From Ptychomitrium polyphyllum (taxonomy: Eukaryota), in the NCBI GenBank assembly GCA_973851085.1, contig OZ316775.1, positions 11,842,001 through 11,906,000 of the forward strand: a stretch of DNA of 64,000 bases, in the 5' to 3' direction. Shown in pieces: positions 1-11,798 of this stretch. The notes beneath the pieces were generated by a model that was not told the origin of the DNA, made no database searches, and worked only from the letters and a program-made list of their open reading frames with translations. Positions within the stretch are counted from its first letter, which is position 1. Each line of letters opens with the position of its first letter. The translations under genes and the position numbers were made by a program.

Positions 1-1816
1 TCTTGCACGAGTTACTGTGTCATCGATGAATTTAAAAAATCGTTTATCGACGACATAGTAGATCGTACAAGTAACCTTGAAAGAGAACCTGATTTGAGAG
101 AAATGACGTCGATAAACAGCTGGTAAGATCTGCAATCATCAAGCTGTTTCATGTTGCCAGAGGGAGTTAGATAAATCGAACCACAGGGAACATCTAGATT
201 AACACTCCAAGTTGATGATGCAACCAAGATCAAAGCTCAAATTGCGGTCATAATACTGGATACAACCCAGGATAACCAGCAACTTCATATACAATGTTCT
301 ACTACTGGAATTTATGATCGTAAAATCAGCATATAAACATTCTCAACCTAAATAAATGTAGTTTATCAAAATTCCGTTCGTGATGTGATGGTCCGTACCG
401 AAACATCCCAAAACATGAGGCAGTCCTACAACTTCTTTCATGCTTTTACATTATCAGTCCCTAAACTAGTTCCCATTTACCAAGGATCGTTTAGTGAGAT
501 GGTCACAAAACTTAATCGTGCAGTATGATCTCGATTAAAAACTTCGAACATGAGCTATTCCTTCTGCTTCTCCACTTCCAACAATAACAGTCAGAGCAAC
601 TAAAGAGAAACGGACTCTTAACTTCTGAACATTGAAGACCTTGTGGAAGTGGTTCTTGGAGACTTTTTCTGTCGACTCTCAAGAGCTCATTTAGAGCTAC
701 ACTTTCCAAGTAGCGAGCCAGAAAGATGAACTGTAACGAATAAACTAAACTTACTATTTACCATACGCTACACACATAAGGCAGAGAAACAAAATAACTT
801 CAAGCTGCGACAAAATGCTTCAGAAACAACACTGAAGCATTTTGTCACAGAAACAATGAAGTCAATCCCCCAGTCTGAAACCCTCATTCAAGAAAATGAA
901 ATCAAGAATAAGAGAACAAGCACGAGTTGCTTCACTTTGGTCGTATCTTACCACCAACGCATAATATAAGATTGCCCAATCTCGAGCCCTGAAGAGGAGT
1001 AACGGAGTGACAAAACCCCCTACCGTAGCTAAGCATTCATAATCGCCTCATAAAAACGATGCTCAAACACACATCCTTCAGTCTCCAACACTCGTAACCC
1101 AGATTCGTCAAACTAATCGAACTCCCCACCTCCGTGGCACATTCCTTAAGCAAGAGCGCAGGACAGCACCAAAAAACAGTAACAAGGAAATGGCAATTCG
1201 CTTGTGACAGCGATACTGAAAGATTTGTTGCAAAACGCGCGAGAGCCCTTCATTCTTCTCCTGCTTCACTCCTCTTCTTTTGAACGCAGTACCCACATCC
1301 TCTGGCGCGTTCTCCCTTCCTCAAAACGCAATCCAACTCGCCGTCTCTCCGCTCTTTTCTTTGCAATCCAAAAATTCACTGCAATCACAGTAAGTACAGA
1401 GAATGCCAATCGTTTCGTGAGCTCCTATTGCTGCGACGCACTCTGACGATGATTTTCACCGAGAGGTGAGTGTGCTCCCACGGCCGCTTTCATGCTTCTC
1501 TCCAAAAGTTTCTGTTTGCCAAGCTCCAACTCTGAAATGCCCAGATCGCATACACCTTAGCCAGCTATACCCTCATCATACCCACATATTCCCAGCTATC
1601 CGAGCCCTACCGTGGTGATACCATGGCACACTACGCTTCGGAAGCACTGGATTGGTGGGCCGACGTTATCCTGAAAGGCCAAGTGGAACCTGATTCTCCA
1701 CTTTGCACTGCCACCCCAGTTTCTGCACACTTGGAGCTAGACTTGCGCTTCCTCACTAACAATCCCACCCAAAGAGCTTCTCCTGCTCGTCAGGGCTTTC
1801 CTTCCTCTTTGCTGCA

Positions 1817-4400
1817 ATGGCGACATCGATCGCTTTTCGCACTTCTGCATGCCTGCGAACAGGTACTTCCCTAGAGGAAAACTTTGCAACGCTGGGTTTC
1901 GTCCGACCTGCGGCATTGGCCATGCCTGCATATAATGGCAAATTCGTCACGAGAGGGGCGGTTCACAGGGGTGGCGATTCTAGGCGGATGGCTGTGACTG
2001 CGGCTTCTAACGATGATGTCATCACCACGGAAGTATAGGACTGCTCCTTTTGGGGTGGAAATTGTGTGTGCTATTGCTTGAGCCAAGATTGGGTTAGAGT
2101 TCATCAATACTTTAAGGGGTTTGAGTGGAAGTGACTCAGTTGAGGATTCGATTTGATGTTGTTACTTTGTGTTGACTAGGTAGTGAGTTTTCGTAAATCT
2201 GACTTGAACCTTAGGTTTTGAGACTTGTGTTATGACAGGAAGCGCTTGGACTACCGGCTGGCAAGAAGCGGCAGTTTCCGCTACCAGCTTCGGTAGATGA
2301 GAGTGTCTCACAGGTTTGCAAGTAAATCTGAGCTTTGTAATTATTCCCTCATGTATGATGTTTACAGCGCACAACAATTTAGGAGTATTGTTTTCTTACC
2401 ACTTTTTCTACGTCGCTGCATCACTCGTTGGAGGTGGAAATGAGCTATGTCATAGCTTACTTGTCTATATTCTATATCCTATTCTGCACCATGTGCGCAG
2501 GCGAGACAAGCTTGTCAGCAAGCGATCAAAGACGGGAAGATGAGAATGCTGTTAGAGATCATTCTGCCGCTCATTGGTGCAACTGACCTTGATGATTGGC
2601 CGGTACGTTTGATTGACCTTTCTGATCCGTCTTCTGACTAAGAAAATAATCTACGTCATGAAGTAATGCCGAAAAGGCTTCTTCGAGTTAACTAAATGAT
2701 TTAGTGTCGTCTTTTGTTGTTTTGGTTTGTCTAAGCGCTAGAAATATGAAACCCACTCGCATTCAAGTAGCTTTACTCTTCCAAGAATTGATTCAAGGTT
2801 GGATGACAGGGGCTGCCTTTGTTCTTTTCTGCAATATTAGGGAGGTATTGAGATGCAGTTCAAGGCAGGAGCACCACTTGTATCATCTTTGCTAAGGGGG
2901 CTTGTGGAAGGGGCGAATGCTCAAAAGAAAGATGGCGGTTGTCGCACATACATCATCGACGACAGCGACGCTGTGGGTGGATGGGAAAGTGATGAGGTAT
3001 GCTAAAGATGATATACTCAAACGACAGCTATGTTTGTGTTAAAATATTGCTGTTCTTTGCAAAATTACAAGTGATATATTGTTTTGTCTGCTGTCAGATG
3101 TGGTAGTCTAGGATTTACCGTTGTCCATCTTGAGATGGATCCTTTCAGTTGCAGAACTGCCTTGTAAACCATATTGTTTGCAAACCTTGTAAATATGCTG
3201 AATATCACTTAAATTCACCTGTCCCTTTCCTCAAATTTAGGGGCATCTGACAAAATTGGAACGATATAGTAGATTAGCATGGCCCCTGCACATGGATAAT
3301 TTGCGTAAATCGGGAAATGATCCAAATGTTTTCTGCTGTTTCTGGGTAGTTTCGTCTGTAAATTTTTGCCTAACGTTGTATGATTTCTCTATGATACATT
3401 GTCAGATTGCAGCGGTCCTTTTCCCAACTCCTGAGACGCTTGACGCTGTTGAGGCTTTAGCTTCTGTGCCTGATCGTCCAGTATTGTTGGTGAATGCCCA
3501 GTGGCAGCCTGGACAAGTGAGCCTCATAGGTTTGGAATTCCTTTGCTGTGTGCTCGAGAGACTTTGATGACTCCGCTGATAGTCCACTATTGCTCAACAT
3601 ATGGTTATAAAAGTTTAGCAACAAGGAAAATTACCATGACTAGAATACAAGGCTAATCCAAAGCTGTAGAAATCTAATTCGTATTACATTTTGCATCTCA
3701 AGGAGCTCACGTGGAGAGTGTACAGGTTGTGTCGGATTTTGGATTTGGAGCACGGAAGACATCACGTGAGTTTCTTGTCAATACTTTTGAGGTTGTATAC
3801 TTCCTGAAGCGCAGTCGCATGCTTGGAGAAGATGTGTGTCTTATGCGAAGATATCCTGGAGATTGGCAGGTACAAACATAACATATCGATTCCCGGTTTG
3901 TTTTCTTTGATAGTACGTTAAACTGTGCCCAAGCTTCTGGATTTAGGATATTTTTTACTGCAGTTCAACATCTTAGCCGAATTATAGTTCAGAGCTGCCA
4001 AAGGTATCTCGTGTGAGTTAATTCACTTGGAGCGGACACTTGAATCTAGGTCGTGTTTATGAGCCTTACAGTATTGAGTTTGTATGCATTTGGTGAACGG
4101 AAGGTCGGGTTGTCGTAAACGTCTTCGGTTATAGGTGAAGGAATCCAGTTGTACATCAGCATGGCATGTAATCATTTACGAATCATGAATCGTAATGTAA
4201 ATATTTTGCAGATATTTGTTATAGATGCCGTTACTGGTACCAATGAATGCGTGGGAGTTGAACCCGAGAGACCTTCATACAAAAGGCTTCAGGAGATTCT
4301 TAAGAGCAGGAAAGGTTCGAAGGCGGGCCAAGGATGGTTCGACAGACTTTTAGGGGAGTTCAAATTTAACCAGCAATCCCTTAAGAATGACGACAACTAA
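1817..4400 (+). CDS. DUF1995-family plastid-targeted protein (multi-exon)
   Basis: Transit-peptide-like first exon (MATSIAFRTS...). GT-AG exons join into ...PASVDESVSQ/ARQACQQAIKDGKMRMLLEIILPLIGATDLDDWP/GGIEMQFKAGAPLV.../IAAVLFPTPETL...PVLLVNAQWQPGQ/VVSDFGFG...RRYPGDWQ/IFV...ERPSYKRL...DDN*. These motifs are typical of DUF1995 proteins. Confidence 0.8.
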
Positions 4401-5332
4401 GTCCGCCTTTGACACCACCTAGACATGTAACTTAATTTGACGACTTGATCACGTGATGTGTGTGCTTTTTACTTGAGCTTTGAAGCTTGCAAGCTCAATA
4501 GGTTTCAAGAATTAAAACAATATTAAGAGGACTTTTTGCGACCTTGTGGCGTTTAAAATATCTTCAGAGTATCCACATGTTTAGGTCTTTGTAATTACTA
4601 AGGCTGTCCTGTGAGACGGTTATTACTATGTGAACTTATTGAATCGTTGCCTTGCTCATTCTATTAGTATATTCACCAATGACAGCTGTGCATTCTCTGT
4701 AATGTACGTGTGATTTGCTGATTTCCTTCAGAGCTTTTGATTTTCATTCTGCAATGACCGCATAAAAATCTGCGAAACAATCGTTACCCATTAGTTCCTT
4801 CCAGCCATCATATTTTGTTTGCTTACACCACTGAATCCTAATCTACCTTTGTATCACAAATAATTGAGATGAGTACTTTGAAGGAAGAACACGAGGCAGA
4901 AAATCAGGCTTTCGAAGCAGTAACTCTTGTTTGATTCAAGCACTTACAGTTTTAGTTATATTCATGATCTCTTCACAAAGATTTCCGAACTTCAAGCAAG
5001 TTTGGATTGTGTTCTACGTTTTGAATTTAGAAAATCTCAAATAGGATTACTTATTTGATTTTGACTTTAGAATTTAGGCTCTTATCATGTCGACTATTTT
5101 TAGTGGTTTGAAATATGCACATGCTTATACTTCCTCAGTACAATTACACTCTTAGTTTTGGTGTCTAGCACTATTCAACAAAAGTCCAAAACTTTGCAAA
5201 CCTCCCTCCAACGTTGATCCACATCAAAATCTTATAATTTGTTCATTTTCTTAACAAGTTCAGAAATCTATAAATACATATATGGTGGCAAAGCATGAAT
5301 GAACTTGGATACTTACATAAAATTAAGGCATT

Positions 5333-5342
5333 GCCACGTGGC
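5333..5342. promoter_or_regulatory. Palindromic G-box GCCACGTGGC upstream of CCB2
   Basis: Perfect 10-bp G-box about 730 bp upstream of a photosynthesis-assembly gene; function not demonstrated. Confidence 0.4.
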
Positions 5343-6068
5343 GCGGCATCGGATGCCAATCACGTCACATGGTGAAAGTGTAGTTCAGTATGTTCCTTGT
5401 ATAATTTGCTACATGTTCAGGTTGTGTTTGAGGGACTCTCATCATGGTTTTTGCTTTAGCTCCTCTAGATCAAACTTACAACTTTGCTCAAATTCTATGA
5501 TTTCTGAAAACCAACGGGAAAACCTCTTTTGCAGTTTCTCCGCAGTTCATGTTCTATGCGTGTATCCACTTGAGTGTGTCTCCTTCTGTTGCAGCCAATT
5601 TCGAAATTTTCGTATCGTGTCTTGCTGATGTCGGCCGCCATTTTTCTTCATTGACAAGGTCGCTTTCGTGTTGTGGGTCACAGACCAACGAGGATTAGGG
5701 TTCAGAGTTTCCTCTCACAGCAATTTGAATAAATTCACATTATGCGACGTCGAGCTAGTGTAGAGTTTACACCTGACAACTGAAGGAATTAGAATTAAAG
5801 CGCAAGTGGTTAAGGATTCCTGTATACATGTGGGTCACTGAAATTCTGGATTGTGTTTATGCAGAGACTCCAAAAAGCTTCTTTTTCTAGTGATTACTCA
5901 ACTTTGACTGCGTTGTTAAGTTTACAAGTAAATTTGGAGAGGGGATGGTCCACGAGTTGAGTTTTGCTTCCGAGGTTAGGGCTGGCAGATGTTGATGCAA
6001 TTTTTGATTGACAACAGCAAAAGCTTTGAGGACTCAAAAGCTGGTCTTCATAGGAGGCTGCTTGAAGG

Positions 6069-8030
6069 ATGGCGTTGATGATAAGGATGTCTGTGGTGGG
6101 TTTGACGGGAGTGTGCAGCGCGCACCTTGTTTCCGCTTGGCCTTCTCGTCCTGTTTCGGTTCTTGCGCTGCGAATGCAGTTAGGCGTTCGTGTTGCACCA
6201 GGATCGAGGAGGTTACAGACGAGTACGCGGGTGATGACTAGGGCTGGCAAAGACGAGCCTGGTGGTGCGGAAGTTGACGTCTCCATCTTCCGGTTCACTC
6301 TGGGTAAGAAGTAGCTGCAGCAGCGCTGCGCTTGGCACCTGTATGATGTTTCTTACTTGATGGAGGACATGATTTGGCTTGTTTCGACCGCATTAACTGT
6401 TTGAGGAATGCCTACGTCGTTTGCTTATGAATTGAGAATTGACGATTTAGAAGGGGAATTTCTCAAAACACTGAAAGATAACTGGTTCCGTTAGGGATTT
6501 TCTACGATTTAATGCGGCGTGGGTTCGGCGTCCCGGTTTCATGACTATCTTATTGAGATTACTAAGGAAGCTTATTCTTCTTGTCTAATGTTCTTGACCC
6601 TGAAGCATGCTTGGGTTGCTTCGAATTGGGAATGTGACCGATTCGCTTCCTGAATTTGTTCGTCCTTCTGACTCTAGTTATTTTGAAAACTGGCATAGGA
6701 AGTACATAACTGATACCATGTTGGGGTTGAACTTATCATGACTGCGTGGCCGGCTTTTAAGAAACTGAAAACCATCAGTTTGGTTCTGCCATTGATACGA
6801 AGGGCGGCGTATGGTGATTATCTTGGCAGGTATACCGGGGTTTGACGATGCGGATCTGCCGGGGCTGGTTGGAATCTTATTTGGCAGCCTACTGCTCGTC
6901 AACCACGTTGTCAGCAGCGAATCCATGACCAATGCACAACTAGTATTATTCCCTTATCCCCGAGGCACCAACATTTTTTAATGACGCGACTTTCAGTATT
7001 GATCAATGTCAAATCACGCTTCTGGTGACCTAGTGCTGACATGTGGGCGTGTTTCTGCAAGACAGACATCAGAAGCTCTGGGGCTGTTTCTTGCTGCAGT
7101 GGCATGCAGTCTTCCTTCTGTTGGTCGTCGCCTCAAAGTACAAACTGTTACCCACTTCTGTCTGAGTATAAAAAGTCTCCTGTGAGCACTCTGCGTGCTT
7201 TCTTGAGATTTGCTGCATGTATATCTTCTTCTTGGTAGTTTACTAAGGCGCTAACTGTTGGTTGTCGTTGCAGGGAGGAGAGGCTCGGAAGGAGGTCAAC
7301 AAAGAACCTGGCGGGCGCTCACTGTTTGAATTAGCTCAACGTCTTTCTAATAAACAGAAGCAGGAGTTGGCCTGGGGCTCTTTCGCCTTGCTTCAAAATA
7401 CTAAAACTAGTGCTGTGGTGAGGCAATCCACAACACGTAAAGGATGAAGTACAAGAAGCCGACTTGTATTTTGCAAAGTCGGTCTTGGAAACAGGACAAA
7501 TGTCATGATTGAGAAATTGATGCCTGCTAGGACTTTGTTCTAGATTTCTACCGTCAAGCCTCACCGGTGGTTTGTCTGTTTGTTCATAAAAATTTCTCTA
7601 ATTCTTTGATGCACTGTAGATTGTTTGGCATCGTGGAGAGGTTGTGTGTGCTCGCGGCAGCTGGGATCTTGGTAGAGGTGCGAAGGCTCTACAACGGTTG
7701 CAGGAAATGCTCAACAATACTCCAGTCATCAGTTCAAGCGATTCTCTATATGTATCCGATGGTGCAGGTAAGATAACAAGCAAAGTATCCTCCTGCCACT
7801 TTGTTTGGGTCAAGTGTCACGGCATTTACCTGATTAGATTTGGGTCATGTGCAGATTCTAAGGGCTGGCCGATTGTTCCAAAGGATGTAAAGTCAACACT
7901 TGTGCAGCCCTTTGAGGGAGAAAAAGGAGGTCTGGTGCTTTTTTCATATCAGCCTCGAAGTTACAGTAGTAAAGATAGGACATGGGTAGCAATGATAACT
8001 CAAAAATTCTCACAAGCATTGAAAATTTAG
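6069..8030 (+). CDS. CCB2: Cofactor assembly of complex C subunit B CCB2 (cytochrome b6 heme ci attachment), chloroplastic
   Basis: Transit peptide followed by the CCB2/HCF208 signature VDVSIFRFTLG|IPGFDDADLPGLVGILFGSLLLVNH, then SEALGLFLAA, QKQELAWGSFALLQNT, CARGSW and YSSKDRTWV. Six GT-AG exons; first intron 6304-6829. Confidence 0.88.
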
Positions 8031-8094
8031 GATCCGCAATGATGCTGAGTTTCAATTTCCTGGAAATCAAAGTTGCAATGAAGGGATAAACGCA

Positions 8095-9287
8095 TCAAAT
8101 TATCCTTCCAATGAGGTTTTCGAACAGTCCAACGAGGAGTTCAGGGTCCTTCTGGCACCGGTACGTTCGATATTCCCCGAGTTTAGGAATGTCTTGCACA
8201 TCCTTGGCAAGCGCCTGTAGCACGGAGTCTTTGATAATCTCTGAATTGTGATCAACACCCAGTTCCCATGTACTAAGAGCTGTCTCTCTGGAAACATGCT
8301 TTGCAATGTAACGCTCTGCTATGAGTTGGAGAGACCTGACGCCATACCTCTTGGCTGCAGTAAGGAGTTTGGGTGCGTAACTCTTGAGGTCCCTGTGACT
8401 TATATGGCCTGTGTAAAAATACCGCACAAATGCATCTAACGCTTCAGGGAAAACATGTACTTCCATTGATAGTGTCCCTAGTTGATCCAGATTTCCTTTC
8501 ATCTTCTTTAGTATGACGTCAGATTTTGCAGCCTGCGCGACGAATTAGGTTTAGTGTACTTTCAGATAGGTTTGTCATTACAGAACCATGTCATGTTAGG
8601 GTTAACACAACGTCAGGTCCGTTCCGAGGAAGATTCAGAGGCATGTATATTAGGGTGCTCATTCTGCTCAATAATGATCATGGAGTTCGATTCACTGGGT
8701 TATTAGTAAACAGTGGCCACTTGAGTACACGAAACCCTAAAACTTAGGCATTACAGACTGGAAGCTGATACGTTTTTTCTGTTTGATTTGTTAACTGATT
8801 GCAGTGGCAAGAAAGTCTTGTTCTGCCATTACTCGGTGCAGTGCCCAGTATTATTGTTCTATTTTCAGGAAAAGTGTACAATAAATGCTGGAGTACGTGG
8901 TAATAGAAACAGTGAATTGATTTTGAAAATTGGTAGGCATCTTACAAGTACTGCTCGGTGCGCATTTACAATGTAGCCGCCGGCTTGCAAGATGATATCG
9001 GTGTGGCCCGGACTCATGACAACAGGATCCCAAGTAGACAGGAATATTAACTGTTCCTGCAACGCGCGTTCACTTTCCTCTTTTTCATGAAGCCTGTCCT
9101 CCACCAGTTTGAGTTTCTTCTCCATCTCATGCTTAACCACTTGCACTTGAAAACTTGGACCAGACTTCAGCTCTGTTTCGTAGCCCTGCTCTTTCACAAT
9201 AGTTTGGCACTTGGGGCATAATTGATCCCATTGCGAAACTGGGGACCCTGTGTTGCATCCTTGAGAAAGACGGCGCATTGTAGCCAT
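8095..9287 (-). CDS. BTB/POZ domain protein (2 coding exons: 9287-8946, 8532-8095)
   Basis: TDIILQAGGYIVNAHRAVL|AAKSDV across a GT-AG intron, then EALDAFVRYFYTG and LLTAAKRYGVRSLQLIAE (BTB plus BACK-like helices). N-terminal CxxC and coiled coil. Confidence 0.85.
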
Positions 9288-10278
9288 GACTTGGACTACA
9301 GGACTGCACACACTATGGCAGATTATTCACTATGTAGATCTCAAGGTTCATCAGTAGAGCTTCTTCGTTGTTGGAACTCTTAAAGACCTGTATGCAGTAA
9401 TCCTCATATGGTCATCTTCTCCATTAATGGAAATTACCTCATGTCCTCTCAGAAAGCAAGAATGCGTGCAAATGCACATCCTCTGGCCAACGAACCATTG
9501 AGACACTAGCGAAGTCCAGAATGGCGACTTCTCATTTGCACAACGACATTGCTTGGTCTGGTACTCCCTGCCACATTTCTACATAACTGAGTGCGCTTTC
9601 TTTAGATTCAGTTGCTCTCGAATGAAACAACATTCTGGTGTTGAAAGTTCTTCTTGCATAACCCTAACACAAAAGATTGCAATAAAACTAAACCATCGTT
9701 GAGAATGACCCAACCCTGCCTGGGTGATAGGGAAGGCGATAGTTTCCCTGGTAAGTCTAAGAGAAGAAGACCATGTTTTTGTAAGAGAATATAGAGGAGA
9801 ATCGCGGAGAAGCTAAACTCAGCGGACCGGAAATAACGGCAGGTGCAGTCAGGAGAAGAACCCAACGCCCAACGCTGTTAAGATCAACGGTTCTGTCCGG
9901 TACCTCGGGTTCTACGGCTAGTTATTAGCCAACACCCCTTCTAGTAGATTACAAGTAAACAAATTATTCATCCGTTGATGGCTTCACAGATTCGTTCCTC
10001 GGCAGTATGCAGCCTGACGACCTGCTAATTGGTTATACCAAAACCACAATGCAATGGTGACTCTTCGATCACGACTGTTGGGACCCAACAGCCATGTTGT
10101 GTTTCCTCTCAAAGCCCTAGGTAGCCATATGGTGACAAGGCTTCTTCGAAGAGCTCACCTGACACTCTGCAGGTTGAAAGCGTTGCAGGGTCGTATTCGT
10201 ACAGAATTTTTTCGGCTGTAGTCTCGAAAGCAATCTTCCGTCCAGCAGTGGACGCTAAATTTAAGACAAGAGGCTACG

Positions 10279-10926
10279 ATGTGTGATAGACAACCCTGCG
10301 ACATACCCAGGTGTGCCAAAAGTAAGTGTGAGAGTCTGTCCCCGAGGTACAAGCCCTGCAACGAGCCGTGTGACTTCTCACCGTGTAGTGAGACTTGCCC
10401 ACAACCTCCCAGAACACCCACACCACCCAGGCCTCCGTGTCCACGTGCCGCGCCACCCCCTGACCTGCGTCACATCAAGCCTGAGGATCAACAAGCTTTC
10501 CGACAGTGTAAGATTCAGGAATGGCTGGATCACATGGTGGCCAGAGCGCCCCGGGAGTGCTTTGGTCACTATATCGGGAGGGCTTACGCGGTGGCGTCTC
10601 GCGAGCTCAACATCAACGCGCCAGCAAGGACGTGCATAGGCGATGAATTCCCCCACGACGTTGACAGATTCGTGTGGCGTATCCTTCACGGATCACGTCT
10701 CAACATGCAGAAACGTGGGATATGCATAGGATATAATGTAGAGCAGATGAATCTGGCTTTGCTGAGGGAAGAGTGTGAGCTCTACAATATAGACCAAATC
10801 GAGCCTAACCCGAGGATGAGAATGAAAAGAGATGCTACTTGGGTGCATGAAGGCGAGCACTGCTCGTCTAGCAGGGCAGGACGCGAATGCCAAGACAGCA
10901 CACACCGTAACAATCATGAAAAATAA
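10279..10926 (+). CDS. Intronless 215-aa protein of unknown function: Cys/Pro-rich N-terminus plus ~110-aa domain shared with 11799-13382
   Basis: ATG-initiated ORF with coding-like GC. Amino-acid similarity to the neighbouring ORF supports coding status. Confidence 0.75.
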   Translation: MCDRQPCDIPRCAKSKCESLSPRYKPCNEPCDFSPCSETCPQPPRTPTPPRPPCPRAAPPPDLRHIKPEDQQAFRQCKIQEWLDHMVARAPRECFGHYIGRAYAVASRELNINAPARTCIGDEFPHDVDRFVWRILHGSRLNMQKRGICIGYNVEQMNLALLREECELYNIDQIEPNPRMRMKRDATWVHEGEHCSSSRAGRECQDSTHRNNHEK

Positions 10927-11798
10927 CGCAACCAAGCCCATTCGAGCTTGTCAATTCATAAGTAAAGTCTAATGTATAATTTGCAAAATTTTCTCTTAAA
11001 GAGTTTAGATTCGCAAAGTAGATGGTAAGTTATTGGAGATAGACTCATTAGTACTCCTTAGTTATGAAAGTTCTAAAACGGAAGACCAGGTCGAAATTAG
11101 TAGACCATCAATAGAAACATCGATAAAAGAGACTTTCTTCACATTAAAGAGAACTCGGATTCTCTTGGTTAAGAGTTTAGTAAGTATTATGTCTCAAGGT
11201 TAACATTGAGGACATGGTTCTGCGAAGCTACACTACAAGCATACCATTGACAACAGCATATTAAGTTGCAGTTTCCATATTTAACGGCTTAGCTGTCTCA
11301 GTTGTCAATAGAGGTCAAGAGGCAAATTGAATTTCGACACAAGATTTGCTAGTTCACTAATCAAGTGTTCTTGGTTGTTCATGACCTTAAGGTTTCCAGA
11401 TGATCTCAAGACCAAGTAAATTAGGTTTAGAACGGACCCGCAAACCTCCAGAGATCCATATTTGATACTGCCCGTAAACCTGGAAGTTGTCCTTGCCTCA
11501 ACGACATCATGAGTTGCTCTGCAACAGCAGCAACATGTTTAGCATCTATAAACCTGTTCAAGGTATATAAAACATTCATCATTGTTAAGGATTCAAAACA
11601 TGGATAAAATTGCGAAGTGTAGAACTTTGGAGACAAGATAGATGCAGACCTTCGACGTATAAATTGCATTTGTGCAGGACTGCAGGGCGCAAACGATGCT
11701 CATATTAATGCAGGCTCTTCTGCTTGAAACTCTGAACCTTTTCAAGCATGCTCTGAATGTCGTTGATTTCACAACCACATGAACAATAGAGTAGGATT

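Noticed and set aside
1..1450. Short ORFs at the window start (12-233, 512-709, etc.)
   Set aside because: No recognisable protein. Minus-strand splice-like signals suggest the 5' UTR of a gene outside the window, but this cannot be supported from the sequence shown.
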